From an uncultured archaeon (GTDB lineage: Archaea > Asgardarchaeota > Lokiarchaeia > Sigyniarchaeales > SOKP01): a stretch of DNA of 64,000 nt. Positions 41,800 to 51,673 of this stretch are shown piece by piece; the first letter of the stretch is position 1; every line of letters begins with the position of its first letter. Where the stretch lies: assembly GCA_964632315.1 (NCBI GenBank), contig CAZWEM010000017.1, positions 10,879 through 74,878 on the forward strand, given 5' to 3'. The notes below the pieces were generated by a model. The model was not told the origin of the DNA and made no database searches. It saw only the letters and a program-made list of their open reading frames with translations. Made by a program: the position numbers and the translations under genes.

Positions 41800-42972
41800 T
41801 CAAGAAGCTGGAGGAAGAGGAGGAACTAAATTGTCCCATTCTTGGGAAACTGGGTAATTCCACCAATGTTTTGGAATCATTGAATAATTCCCAAATTTTT
41901 GTAATCCTTTCTCAAAAGCTTTAATATTTTTCCGAGGTGCATTGAGATCTCGTGGAGTAGGATAGAAATAAGCGCCAAATCCACCATATTTCGTACCTAA
42001 ATTCCTCACCATGTGCCACACTTCTCGTTCAACTTCTTCGGGAGTGCCTTGCGTGTAAATTGATTGAATATTCACGCATCCCCAGAACATTATCGTACCC
42101 CGATACTTTGCTAAATCGGTATATCCACTCATTCGTGGACTGTCTAATTCAATAGCATCAAGCCCCCATTTGATAAGTGGTTCAAGTAAAGGGTCGATTT
42201 TTCCGCAACAATGAAGATGGACATCTATACCTAAATCATGAGCACCCTCAATTATGGTACAATATGATTCTTCATAGAATTCCTCAAAAGTTTTAGGACT
42301 GAAGAAAGGACCTGTTTGTTCCCCCAAATCGTCGACTATCCAAATCCCATCGGGATATATTCCATACTTCTTTGCGTATTTAAGAACATCCACGTGATAA
42401 TCCGCAACAGCCTTCAATGCAAGCTTTAATTTATTCGGATGTCTCCTATGGTCTATTAAATAAGTATCAAATCCACGCATGGCTGCAACCACTTGAGAAG
42501 GGCCAAAACTGTTTAATAGTAGTATAGTGTATTTTTCTTCTGTTAAGTTATTTAAAAGGATTTTTGCAGCTTCGTATCTAGTTTTATCGCTCGCATCAGG
42601 CGTATATTTCAATAGATAATCGTCAAGATTATCCCAGTTTAAAAGTGAAGGCCTACCAGGATGTCCCATGTTTTTATCGTTTCCTTGCATCCTCCAAAGA
42701 CAGCCCCATTCATCGATCTCTTCATGAGGGATTTTTTTCCAGTTATTACCTTCATATTTTGGAACTTTCGCCCAATCTGGTCTATTCCAATTATCATAAC
42801 CAGCCCTCAAATGGGGAAATAAACCTTCTTCTCCTTCATTCCAACCAGGGTGCCAATTCTTTGAATGAGTTATAGGAAAAGGATATACATCCCCAGAAAC
42901 TAAATTAAAGGTTGGTACTTTGTCTGGACTTTGAAAATTTAAGGCTGCTTTAACTCTCTCTTTTGAATTCAT
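41800..42972 (-). CDS. Uroporphyrinogen decarboxylase / MtaA-CmuA family protein
   Basis: MNSKERV..AL, DEWG, DDLG.Q.GPFFSP, HLHCCG, GTPEEV. Confidence 0.85.
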   Translation of the reverse strand: MNSKERVKAALNFQSPDKVPTFNLVSGDVYPFPITHSKNWHPGWNEGEEGLFPHLRAGYDNWNRPDWAKVPKYEGNNWKKIPHEEIDEWGCLWRMQGNDKNMGHPGRPSLLNWDNLDDYLLKYTPDASDKTRYEAAKILLNNLTEEKYTILLLNSFGPSQVVAAMRGFDTYLIDHRRHPNKLKLALKAVADYHVDVLKYAKKYGIYPDGIWIVDDLGEQTGPFFSPKTFEEFYEESYCTIIEGAHDLGIDVHLHCCGKIDPLLEPLIKWGLDAIELDSPRMSGYTDLAKYRGTIMFWGCVNIQSIYTQGTPEEVEREVWHMVRNLGTKYGGFGAYFYPTPRDLNAPRKNIKAFEKGLQKFGNYSMIPKHWWNYPVSQEWDNLVPPLPPAS

Positions 42973-43000
42973 AGCGATTCATTTTAAGGTAATATCTATA

Positions 43001-44473
43001 TTAGAATTTATTCAAGTATTCATTAATGTTTCTCTTTTCAACTTTTTTAAGATAAAGATCGATTTTTTTTTCCACTTCCATTGATAATGTATTTGGAACG
43101 TGATTTTTTAATATTTCATCCACCTTTTCATGTGCTTTATCAATAATGTCAAGTGCGCCTTTTTTAATCCAAGTTTTTCTCGAGTTTCGTTCACTTAAAT
43201 TTGGGATAAACAATTCTTTTTTGACATTTTTAGAAGTGTGTTGTAAACCTAAGAAATGTGCCCCCTCATTTATTCCTTTCATCACATTTTTAATTTGATT
43301 TAGAGCAATCGACTCAGGATTGACATCTATGCCTCTTAAGCCGCGTAATACCATCCCCGCCATTTCATTATCGATAGGGAGTAATTCTAAACTTGAGCTA
43401 AGCCCACATTCATAGGTTCCGGCACATGTTATATAATTTATGCCTGCATAAGCTGCTGCTGACAGGGTATTAAACCTTTCAAAACCATTTTGCATGTCAA
43501 AACAATTTGAATTTGTAATGCATCCAGAAGCACGTGAGGGAATTTTATAAAACCGAGCTAGTTGAGCACTCGCAATAGTTATTAAACTGGTTTCTATTGA
43601 ACCCCAAGCAACATTTCCAGTTCTTGGATCTATTGGAGTATTCACAGTTCCATATAACACGGGAGTTCCAGGACTTATTAATTGAGTTAGCATGATTGAA
43701 GATAATACTTCTCCATTAGTTTGGGTTAATAAACCCGCAAGAGTTATAGGTGCATTTAATCCGCCACTTGCTGATGGAGCAATGATCAATGGTTGGTGAT
43801 ATTTGGCAAAGACAGAAAGTCCGCCTAATAATACTCTTGGTAAAGTAAGAGGGCTGAGTGGATTGAAGAAACCGACAATTCGTGGTCTGCTAATTAATTC
43901 CTTTTTACTCCCCACCAAGATTGTGAGAAGCTTCATCACATCTTTAGACATGTATTCTCCTCTGGTTCCTATTCCAAACGGCTTTCTACTATTCCTTGCC
44001 CATTCTTTAATTGCATGACAATGAAGAGTCACATAAGGGATATCAACAGGCCACAGATCTAAATGAGAGGATGAAATATTTTCAAGAGAATCAACAATTT
44101 TCAAAAATTTGATGAAATCTTGGAGAGTAGCATCTCTAGGACTTAGAGGATTTTGAGTATCATATAATTTCGTGGGAGCACCTTGAGTAGTAAAATGAAC
44201 ATTATCCGTAGTAATTTCTATCTTGAAACCACCATCTGGACCATATAACGAAAACTCCTTAGGAACGCGGTTTAAATATTTATTTAAAAGAACTTCTGGT
44301 ATTTTAACTAATTTGGATTTTTCATCTATTTCTGCACCATGATCTTGAAAGAGTTCACGAGCATATTTAGAATCTACAATAACACCAACATTTTCGAGTA
44401 AATACACAGTAGATTCATGAATCTTACTAATTTCTTCTGTATTTAAAACTTCAAGCTTTTTTAACTTAATTAT
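43001..44473 (-). CDS. Trimethylamine:corrinoid methyltransferase (MttB superfamily), non-pyrrolysine type; start uncertain
   Basis: APITLAGLLTQTNGE, PGTPVLYG, DMQNGFE, IDNEM motifs; no in-frame TAG; family-like N-terminus extends upstream of the GTG at 44407 to ATA at 44473. Confidence 0.85.
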   Translation of the reverse strand: MIKLKKLEVLNTEEISKIHESTVYLLENVGVIVDSKYARELFQDHGAEIDEKSKLVKIPEVLLNKYLNRVPKEFSLYGPDGGFKIEITTDNVHFTTQGAPTKLYDTQNPLSPRDATLQDFIKFLKIVDSLENISSSHLDLWPVDIPYVTLHCHAIKEWARNSRKPFGIGTRGEYMSKDVMKLLTILVGSKKELISRPRIVGFFNPLSPLTLPRVLLGGLSVFAKYHQPLIIAPSASGGLNAPITLAGLLTQTNGEVLSSIMLTQLISPGTPVLYGTVNTPIDPRTGNVAWGSIETSLITIASAQLARFYKIPSRASGCITNSNCFDMQNGFERFNTLSAAAYAGINYITCAGTYECGLSSSLELLPIDNEMAGMVLRGLRGIDVNPESIALNQIKNVMKGINEGAHFLGLQHTSKNVKKELFIPNLSERNSRKTWIKKGALDIIDKAHEKVDEILKNHVPNTLSMEVEKKIDLYLKKVEKRNINEYLNKF

Positions 44474-44539
44474 GTTTCACATCCTACATATAGGTAAGAA
44501 AAAAAGAAATTATTATATCTAAAAGTTGCTATACAAGTT

Positions 44540-45940
44540 CTATTTTTTTGATCCGACAAACCGCTCTATGATTAGTATTATAATTACAATGAAGGCGATT
44601 GGAGGAAAAATTAACAGAAATAATCGGAATGCTAAGGATTCTGCAATATGATCTGCCGTAACAAAAATTAACCCGTCAATGAACGTACTTATTAAAGATA
44701 AACAAGTAAATATAAACAAAATATTGTTGATCTTGCTATCACTAATTTCTTGCAACCTCTCTTTACCACGATTGTATAAATATTCGAAAGTGTCTAATTT
44801 ATCAGTGAAAAAATCTTCCATTTGAGAGCTTCTCCAGCTTATGTTTGATTCATTATATACGAAATGTGCGAAGGGAGCGAGATTTTGTAGAAAATTATTT
44901 TTATTCAGGGAATACAACTCCATTTCTATCCTTAGTTTGTTTATCCAATTGACGGATCGTTTGATCCGCTTTTTTTGCAATCCACTATATGAAGCTAACT
45001 GGTTTAATCGTTTATACAATATATCGTTAAAAACCTGAAGTGTTCGATATTCTATTTCCAGGTATCTAAGTGTATCCTTAGCATAATTTAATTCAGTTTC
45101 ATTTAAATCTGCCCATAAACTATTTCCCCATCCGGTATGGACGAATCCCTTGGTTCCTTTAGCAAAGTTAATTCCACCCTCAGGATGACTTACTTCTACT
45201 ACCTTTTTCATCATCTCATCAATTGGTAAGTGTTCCTCGCCATTTGCTTTATTTCGAACGAGTACAATATGACCCCATAAGGGAATTCCCGATTTTTGAT
45301 TACCAAATAAATCATCATAAGTCATGAGAGGTTTTTCAATCTCAAAATCCTCTAAAATCCTATTATATTCTCCTAAAACATTCGAACAAGTGGATTGTGT
45401 TAGTTCTAATAATTCTTCATTTCTTAATATTTGATCAAGCAAGTCTGCCATAATTTTTCTTGGATTTGTATTCATAAAATCTTGGTTAAAAGAGAGATCT
45501 ACCTTGCAATAAAGCATACCTATTCCATATTCATGAAAGCTTAAGTTTTCAACTAAGAGTGAGGGGTTTGAACTAAAGATGTTTACTCCAATTACGTCGT
45601 TAGGTAATTTAATTTCTTCATCCAGTTGAATTGTAATAATGCTTTTATCTCGTTTCATCGCTCCACTTCCTCCAGTTCCCTTGAATAGTAGTTCATCATC
45701 ATAGTGTGTTCGTTCTTTAGCCTTTTCACCCATCCATTTTCTAATGCGTTTAAAGGGGTTTTTTTCATTGGCAAACTGTTCAATAAGGACTTGGTCTGGG
45801 CACGCTTTTTGTAAGTTGGCACACATCAGTTTTCTAAAATCTTCATATTTTCCAATAAGGGACGAATAATCAATGACCATTTTAGAATTAAAAGGAGCAA
45901 TAACGTAGAAAGAATATTTAGGTTTAATTGAATTGATCAT
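44540..45940 (-). CDS. Hypothetical membrane protein, CorA/DUF155-like architecture
   Basis: Large soluble N-domain, long stalk helix, two C-terminal TM; no GMN motif. Confidence 0.6.
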   Translation of the reverse strand: MINSIKPKYSFYVIAPFNSKMVIDYSSLIGKYEDFRKLMCANLQKACPDQVLIEQFANEKNPFKRIRKWMGEKAKERTHYDDELLFKGTGGSGAMKRDKSIITIQLDEEIKLPNDVIGVNIFSSNPSLLVENLSFHEYGIGMLYCKVDLSFNQDFMNTNPRKIMADLLDQILRNEELLELTQSTCSNVLGEYNRILEDFEIEKPLMTYDDLFGNQKSGIPLWGHIVLVRNKANGEEHLPIDEMMKKVVEVSHPEGGINFAKGTKGFVHTGWGNSLWADLNETELNYAKDTLRYLEIEYRTLQVFNDILYKRLNQLASYSGLQKKRIKRSVNWINKLRIEMELYSLNKNNFLQNLAPFAHFVYNESNISWRSSQMEDFFTDKLDTFEYLYNRGKERLQEISDSKINNILFIFTCLSLISTFIDGLIFVTADHIAESLAFRLFLLIFPPIAFIVIIILIIERFVGSKK

Positions 45941-46144
45941 TTATTTTCTCTTTTTTATATTTTAAATTTTAGTAGATAATACAAGATCAATTAAATATTA
46001 AATCATTTAGGGCTTACCTAAGTATTTTATTAAAAAAGGGAGGGATAATTAGAAGTAAATTAGTACTAAATTTGATTGCTCCTCTATATCTACAAAGGTT
46101 TCAAATTTTAGACAGAGGGATAATAAAAAGTAAAAATGAAAAAT

Positions 46145-46861
46145 TTAATTTGCTAGCATTTTTAATGCTAATTCAGTTGATTCTTGAGCTTGTTCAACAG
46201 TTACCAACCCTATTGTCACGCATTTTATATTGTGTTTTGAGATATATTCATAGGCTTTATTAGGCTCAATTTTTCCTGCAGCGATGGTTTTCATTCCCAT
46301 AATTGATAAATCTTTTCGAGAGTCAACAAGTTCTTCCAACTTCTTTTGTTCTCCCATAAAAAGACCAACAGCGTTAAATGGGATTAAAAATGTTCTAACT
46401 TGGGGCGCATTTTCGAATACATAGTTCAAAGTTGAAACTGGATTATGCGCAGCTACACCTGGAATGCACCCTCGAGATTCGATATCATTTAACATCTTGA
46501 GCAATTTTTTGTCTTTTTTATCTGATACCATCCCATGAGCAAAGATGATTTTAGCATCTAATTCAAGAAGCTCATCTATCATTGGATCGGGTCCTGGTGC
46601 TGTAGAACCAGTTATAATAAAATCATCATATGAATCCTTCATTAAATTTGCAGCTTCCGGGATCTTCCCTATTGGAATCAACTCAATTCCTCGCGCACCC
46701 GCACGATATGCTGCCTTTAATATTTCTAACATTGCATTGGCATCATTCATGAATTTTTTACGATATATTCTTGCATTTTTACCAAATTGAGCAGCTCCAA
46801 GAAATGGTGAAGTTCCTACTGAGATCACGGGTATTTTTTGTCCTTCTATTTCACAGAACAT
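46145..46861 (-). CDS. Aldo/keto-reductase-like TIM-barrel protein
   Basis: ISVGTSPF.G, GVAAH.P, PFN..G.FM, MGMKTIAAG..., VTIG. Confidence 0.6.
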   Translation of the reverse strand: MFCEIEGQKIPVISVGTSPFLGAAQFGKNARIYRKKFMNDANAMLEILKAAYRAGARGIELIPIGKIPEAANLMKDSYDDFIITGSTAPGPDPMIDELLELDAKIIFAHGMVSDKKDKKLLKMLNDIESRGCIPGVAAHNPVSTLNYVFENAPQVRTFLIPFNAVGLFMGEQKKLEELVDSRKDLSIMGMKTIAAGKIEPNKAYEYISKHNIKCVTIGLVTVEQAQESTELALKMLAN

Positions 46862-46932
46862 TATTCCTTTAATGATAAAAAATTAAAAATCTTTATGATT
46901 AAAATACTAGTCTAATTATCAGAGATGATACT

Positions 46933-47424
46933 ATGAAAATTATATCATATAATGACGTTTTCAAGACTAAATTAATTCCTTTAATTGCACAGAATGCAAT
47001 TTCGCTTGCTAAATTGAAGAATCGTGAAAAGGAAGTAGATTTCGAAGCTGCTAATGAAGATTTAGAATATTATTTACGAAACAAATTTCCATTCTTTTTA
47101 GCTATTGATGATGATAATAAGATTCTGGGTTTTACAGTATGTCGGATAGACGAGAACGTGGTATGGGATGAATTACTATATGTGATACCTGAAGAAAGAC
47201 GAAAAGGAATTGCTTCTGCATTATTCAAAAGGGCAGAGCAAGTTGCAATTGAACTTGGAGGAGATACATTGTATAATTGGGTACATCCTAATAACGAGAA
47301 GATCATACCCTTTTTAAAAAAACAAGGATATGAGGTATTAAATTTTATAGAGATTCGAAAAAAATATCCTAACGAAACTTTAACTCAAAGAATGAAAGTA
47401 GGAAAACATGAATATAAATATTAA
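46933..47424 (+). CDS. GNAT acetyltransferase
   Basis: LYVIPEERRKGIASALF motif A; N...I.FLKKQGY. Confidence 0.9.
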   Translation: MKIISYNDVFKTKLIPLIAQNAISLAKLKNREKEVDFEAANEDLEYYLRNKFPFFLAIDDDNKILGFTVCRIDENVVWDELLYVIPEERRKGIASALFKRAEQVAIELGGDTLYNWVHPNNEKIIPFLKKQGYEVLNFIEIRKKYPNETLTQRMKVGKHEYKY

Positions 47425-47447
47425 ATTCGAACTTGTCAGCCACAAGA

Positions 47448-48278
47448 TCAGTAATTCCAATTGAATTCGCTAAATAATGGACCTGCTCTTTCTATTATGA
47501 TCTTTTCAATGCCCTTATCTAATTCAAATTTCCATCTTTCATCAAGTTTGATTGATAAAGGATGATCACGATAATAATATTCATTCCTTTTAGTTAATAA
47601 CCACTCTTCCTCATAATTTTTCGCTTTTAAGAGAAGATAATGTGTACCTATATTTCCACCTATAGAATGATGATCTTTGTGATAATAATTTTTCATCTCT
47701 GGTTCATAATTAATTTCTAAGAACGCACAGAGTCTCTCGATTATTTGATCTGGATTTAGGGTTAAATCTTCATAATAAATCTCAATCTTCTTTCCTTTGA
47801 AATCAGTAAACAATTCTTTTGTTTCTCTGATATGTTCATACCAACTATCAATAAGTTCCTCTATAGGTTTATTTGGATATTTACGAGCTAAGGAATTGAT
47901 TACTGCTCTAACATCCCTTTTTAGAAAAATTAGACAAGTATCTAATTTAATATATTCAGCTAATTCCAGTTGTTTGTGTATCCACTCTAAATTTTTGGTG
48001 GAATCAATTATAATAGACTTTTTAGTTAATTCATTTAATTGAAGATATAAATTAGGACCATTTGGATTTACTTTATTCCAAATTCTGCAATCCTTTCCAC
48101 ATAGTCGACAGAATTTTCTTTCCTCCTCAAAATTAGGATCATTGAAGAAGATTACTTTATTCGCTTCACCAGCAAAAAATGCTGTGCTATGACTACCTAA
48201 AATCAATCCAACCAAGGTTGAACCAGAATGTGGTGCTCCGATAATGAAACACAATTTACAGCTTTTTACATCATTCAT
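47448..48278 (-). CDS. Sulfotransferase
   Basis: GAPHSGST (5'-PSB), IIDSTK, RDVRAVINS (3'-PB), YEDL..NP...I..LC.FL. Confidence 0.88.
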   Translation of the reverse strand: MNDVKSCKLCFIIGAPHSGSTLVGLILGSHSTAFFAGEANKVIFFNDPNFEEERKFCRLCGKDCRIWNKVNPNGPNLYLQLNELTKKSIIIDSTKNLEWIHKQLELAEYIKLDTCLIFLKRDVRAVINSLARKYPNKPIEELIDSWYEHIRETKELFTDFKGKKIEIYYEDLTLNPDQIIERLCAFLEINYEPEMKNYYHKDHHSIGGNIGTHYLLLKAKNYEEEWLLTKRNEYYYRDHPLSIKLDERWKFELDKGIEKIIIERAGPLFSEFNWNY

Positions 48279-48315
48279 GATTTCTTTTCTAAAAGATTAC
48301 TTATTATTCTTCCAA

Positions 48316-49704
48316 TCAAAGAAGTTCGAGGAGTTCATCTTCGTTATTAACATGAGGAAATGGTGCATCGAGTGCATTCTTCCCAAAGAAGGGACATAAT
48401 TTCTCCCAACCTTCTCCTTTCGTAATATCAATTACTAATAAATCATCTGTTCTATCCTTAAAGTAGTCTAAGACGTCCTTGTGATACACATCATATACAT
48501 TAGAAAGTCTCTGCTCATTAAACGTATATATGCCATATACTGCAGCCCTAAGGAATCTCCTGATTTTTAGATGGGTTTCCGTTTGTTTTAGATCATCATA
48601 AGGAGGTCTATCTTCCCAATGGCTTCTAAGAGATTCTAGCCACTTTTTCTTTTCTCGAATAGTTAATATAAATTTGCTATTTGGAAATAATTGGTCTAGT
48701 TCTCTGTAATAGGGAGAAACGGTTATATCTGATATTCCATCATAATCTTGCAGAATAGTAAAATTATAATGTCCATGAATTAGTTCATAATGAGTCACTT
48801 TATCTATGGGGTAATGAATTACGTTTGTTCCCAAAATATTTAGTGCTTTTGTAAGACTTTTTGTGCTAGTTCTACTCAATCCCAAGCAAAATACTTTTTG
48901 AGCATCATCTCCAAAAGCGCCCATGATGTTGGCTGCAGCTTTAAGATCCTTTACAAGATCTAACTTTAGAGGTTTTTTTTCCTCTAATCCTAATTCTTGC
49001 ACGATAAATCGAGCTATAGCAGGTAAATTCTCAATAAACTCTGATATTTTCATTGGTGAAGTATCTAGAGGAACCTTCTTTTTAGCGAATTTAATAGCTT
49101 CTAAGGCAACAACAAAATCTTTATCTTCATATTTCCAATTATCGATCGCTGCTTGAAGCTTTGCTTTAGGATACTCCTCTCTACTTCTCAATTCTCTAAT
49201 AGCACATTTAATAAAGACATGTTCGTAATATTGATAAAAATCATGTAAAATCTTAAATCGCTTATATTTCTTTTTAGTTTTTAAATTCTCTAAAGCAACA
49301 TTTCTAATTGCTGTTTCGGGTTTAAGAACATAGAGTAAGTCCTCGTTATTCAAGGATACTTTTTTCATCTCTTCAACGACATCTCTTCTGGTAATGTGAA
49401 CACCCATATGCACGTATCCTCGAAATTTATCAAGAACATAGCAATCAACATATGGAATATCGTTTTCTTCAATAAATGGTCTTAAATCCTCAAAGATCAA
49501 ACAATCAGCATCCATAAACACAACCAGTTCAGTGTCATCGTCGTATTCAATCTTCAATATTTCTTCCATCGCCTTTGAAAAAGGTTTTATTTCTCTTATT
49601 GTGTGAATTTTCCAAGGCTGGATGTTTTGTTTTGCAAATTCAAGTGCGATTTCACTTGTTCTCTCTCCTATAGTTCGATACACTAATTCAACTTTTTTCA
49701 TCAT
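48316..49704 (-). CDS. Glycosyltransferase-A-like / sulfotransferase fusion protein
   Basis: N-terminal VVFMDADC DxD motif; C-terminal GLSRTSTKSL, KFILTIRE...WLES, GWEKLCPF, FPHVN (Sulfotransfer_4-like). Confidence 0.78.
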   Translation of the reverse strand: MMKKVELVYRTIGERTSEIALEFAKQNIQPWKIHTIREIKPFSKAMEEILKIEYDDDTELVVFMDADCLIFEDLRPFIEENDIPYVDCYVLDKFRGYVHMGVHITRRDVVEEMKKVSLNNEDLLYVLKPETAIRNVALENLKTKKKYKRFKILHDFYQYYEHVFIKCAIRELRSREEYPKAKLQAAIDNWKYEDKDFVVALEAIKFAKKKVPLDTSPMKISEFIENLPAIARFIVQELGLEEKKPLKLDLVKDLKAAANIMGAFGDDAQKVFCLGLSRTSTKSLTKALNILGTNVIHYPIDKVTHYELIHGHYNFTILQDYDGISDITVSPYYRELDQLFPNSKFILTIREKKKWLESLRSHWEDRPPYDDLKQTETHLKIRRFLRAAVYGIYTFNEQRLSNVYDVYHKDVLDYFKDRTDDLLVIDITKGEGWEKLCPFFGKNALDAPFPHVNNEDELLELL

Positions 49705-50157
49705 TTCTTCCTTTTTTTAGTATTAGCTTCAAATTTATCAAAATATATCATCAGGTTTAAAAAATCTTCTCAAGAATGGGTAAAATTTTGATTTCAGAGA
49801 AAATTAAAACATTTAAGCTAGTTAAATGGGTAGAATTTTCAGTCATACTATATTTTATGCATTTCCTCTGTACAATATTAATAATTAATACTAAATTTTA
49901 ATCTATTTTTGTTATGAAATTAATTAAAATGTTATACATTATTAAGTCTTCTTGTTTATAAATTTATTGTAAGTCTTTTAGAGAGAAGTAAATGCAAGTA
50001 AATATTATTCTCGTCTATTTTAATTTGATAATTTATTGGTTAAAATCTACGATAAACATCATTAATAATGGGATTTCAATGGGCCTGTTTTAACTCCGCA
50101 TAGTTTACAATTTTTAGTTTATTAGAAATTGATTTATACAATTGATCTTTAAATTTA

Positions 50158-50724
50158 TTGAAGAAAATGGAATGGTTCAGATCCCTCCTTCAAAAAATGT
50201 TAGCTGAGACTTTAGATGATCTCAAAAGTGACTCCGATTACATAAAAATGAAGTTACCAATAGAAAAAATCACCAATCAATTTGAAAAATCTTTAAAGAT
50301 TCGAGCTGAACATGGCATTATTAATGCAAAGATTAGAGAAGCTAAGCTTAGTGATATTGAGATTTTTCAAAAATTACATGAATTAATTTGGCAAAACACG
50401 CATATGCGATATAAACCATTTTCAAGTGATCTTTTAAGAGATCTAATAAAAGATCCAAACATAACATTTTTGATCGCACAAGTTGATGGTATTGACAGCG
50501 GTTTCGGAATCGTATATTTTACGGGAAATAAAAAAGATGTTGGAGTAGTTGCTGCATTAGGAGTTCTCCCGACGCTTCAAGGGAAAGGATTAGGAACCAT
50601 TTTAGGTCTTAAAATATGGGAATTTTTTAAAAATAAGGGTCTTAAAGAATTACATTGTAGGGTTTCAAAAGAAAATAAAAATGGGTATAAATTTATTCGA
50701 AGTCTTGGATTCGAAGAATATTAA
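50158..50724 (+). CDS. GNAT acetyltransferase (tandem paralog 1)
   Basis: LGVLPTLQGKGLG motif A; N..GYKFIRSLGF; TTG start. Confidence 0.88.
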   Translation: MKKMEWFRSLLQKMLAETLDDLKSDSDYIKMKLPIEKITNQFEKSLKIRAEHGIINAKIREAKLSDIEIFQKLHELIWQNTHMRYKPFSSDLLRDLIKDPNITFLIAQVDGIDSGFGIVYFTGNKKDVGVVAALGVLPTLQGKGLGTILGLKIWEFFKNKGLKELHCRVSKENKNGYKFIRSLGFEEY

Positions 50725-50742
50725 ATTAGGTGGATTTTTAAG

Positions 50743-51330
50743 ATGGGAAAATTAAAATCTTTTTTCTTAAAATTTTCGAGGGAATTAATGAGTATAGGAA
50801 ACAAGGATATAAATTATATTCAAATGCGACTTCCTGTATCAATGATAACCCCAGATTATGAACAAAACTTAAAGGATAGAGTTTCACTTGATATTTTAAA
50901 AGCTGAAATTCGAGAAGCAACTATGGATGATTTAGAAAGTCTTATAGTTCTTCATGATTTAGCTTGGCATTCTACTCCAATGCCATATCGACCTTTGGAT
51001 AAAGAATTAATTATTGAGAACATAAAGGATGATGAGATTATCTTTCTCATTGCAAAAGTTAATGGAATAGATAGTGGATTTGCATTGATATATTTCACAG
51101 GTACCGATAAAAAAATTGGAGTAATTGCAGGAATGGGAGTTCTTCCTCGATTACAGAAAAGAGGGTTGGGAACAATGTTAGGTTTAGAGACGTGGAATTA
51201 TTTTAAAACTCGTGGTGTAGTCGAGTTGCGATGTAAAGTATATATTGATAACAAAGCTTCCTATAATTTTATCAGAGGCCTAAAGTTTGAAGAATATGAT
51301 GATGATTTTGTCCAATGGAAAATGCTTTAA
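50743..51330 (+). CDS. GNAT acetyltransferase (tandem paralog 2)
   Basis: MGVLPRLQKRGLG; collinear with upstream paralog over its whole length. Confidence 0.9.
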   Translation: MGKLKSFFLKFSRELMSIGNKDINYIQMRLPVSMITPDYEQNLKDRVSLDILKAEIREATMDDLESLIVLHDLAWHSTPMPYRPLDKELIIENIKDDEIIFLIAKVNGIDSGFALIYFTGTDKKIGVIAGMGVLPRLQKRGLGTMLGLETWNYFKTRGVVELRCKVYIDNKASYNFIRGLKFEEYDDDFVQWKML

Positions 51331-51541
51331 TTACGATTGCATGCTTTTTGAGATAATAGCATCGCTAATTTAATCATGAAAATCAAAAATTAAGGAGCAT
51401 TTTAAGTCCCTTATTTAAATATATGTTTTTTAAAATCTTCTGTTATCAAAATCAATTCATTTTGTCGCTTTGATAAAGTTTAAAACCAATTAACGATGCT
51501 AGTATATCAAATTTAATTATAACCCCTTTTTGGTCTCTAAA

Positions 51542-51673
51542 ATGGAGTATGGGAACTCTGAGAAAAAAACCGAAATTTGGCTAAAGTATTGCGAAGCATG
51601 TGTAACTTCTAAAATCGAGCATGAACATCAAGTTAATTATGATGATCGTTGTTCTGGATGCAAAGAAGAATGA
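51542..51673 (+). CDS. 43-aa CxxC...CxxC microprotein (not in ORF track)
   Basis: Hand translation MEYGNSEKKTEIWLKYCEACVTSKIEHEHQVNYDDRCSGCKEE; followed by pyrimidine/T tract. Confidence 0.55.
   Translation: MEYGNSEKKTEIWLKYCEACVTSKIEHEHQVNYDDRCSGCKEE

Noticed and set aside
43001-44407. Pyrrolysine recoding in the MttB homolog
   Set aside because: No in-frame TAG; the ORF is continuous and there are no pyl genes in the window
49705-50157. Long intergenic spacers (also 10788-11094, 11818-12153, 17154-17531, 31563-31926) as ncRNA, tRNA or IS elements
   Set aside because: AT-rich, with no GC-rich stems, cloverleaf, terminal inverted repeats or transposase; consistent with promoter/terminator regions
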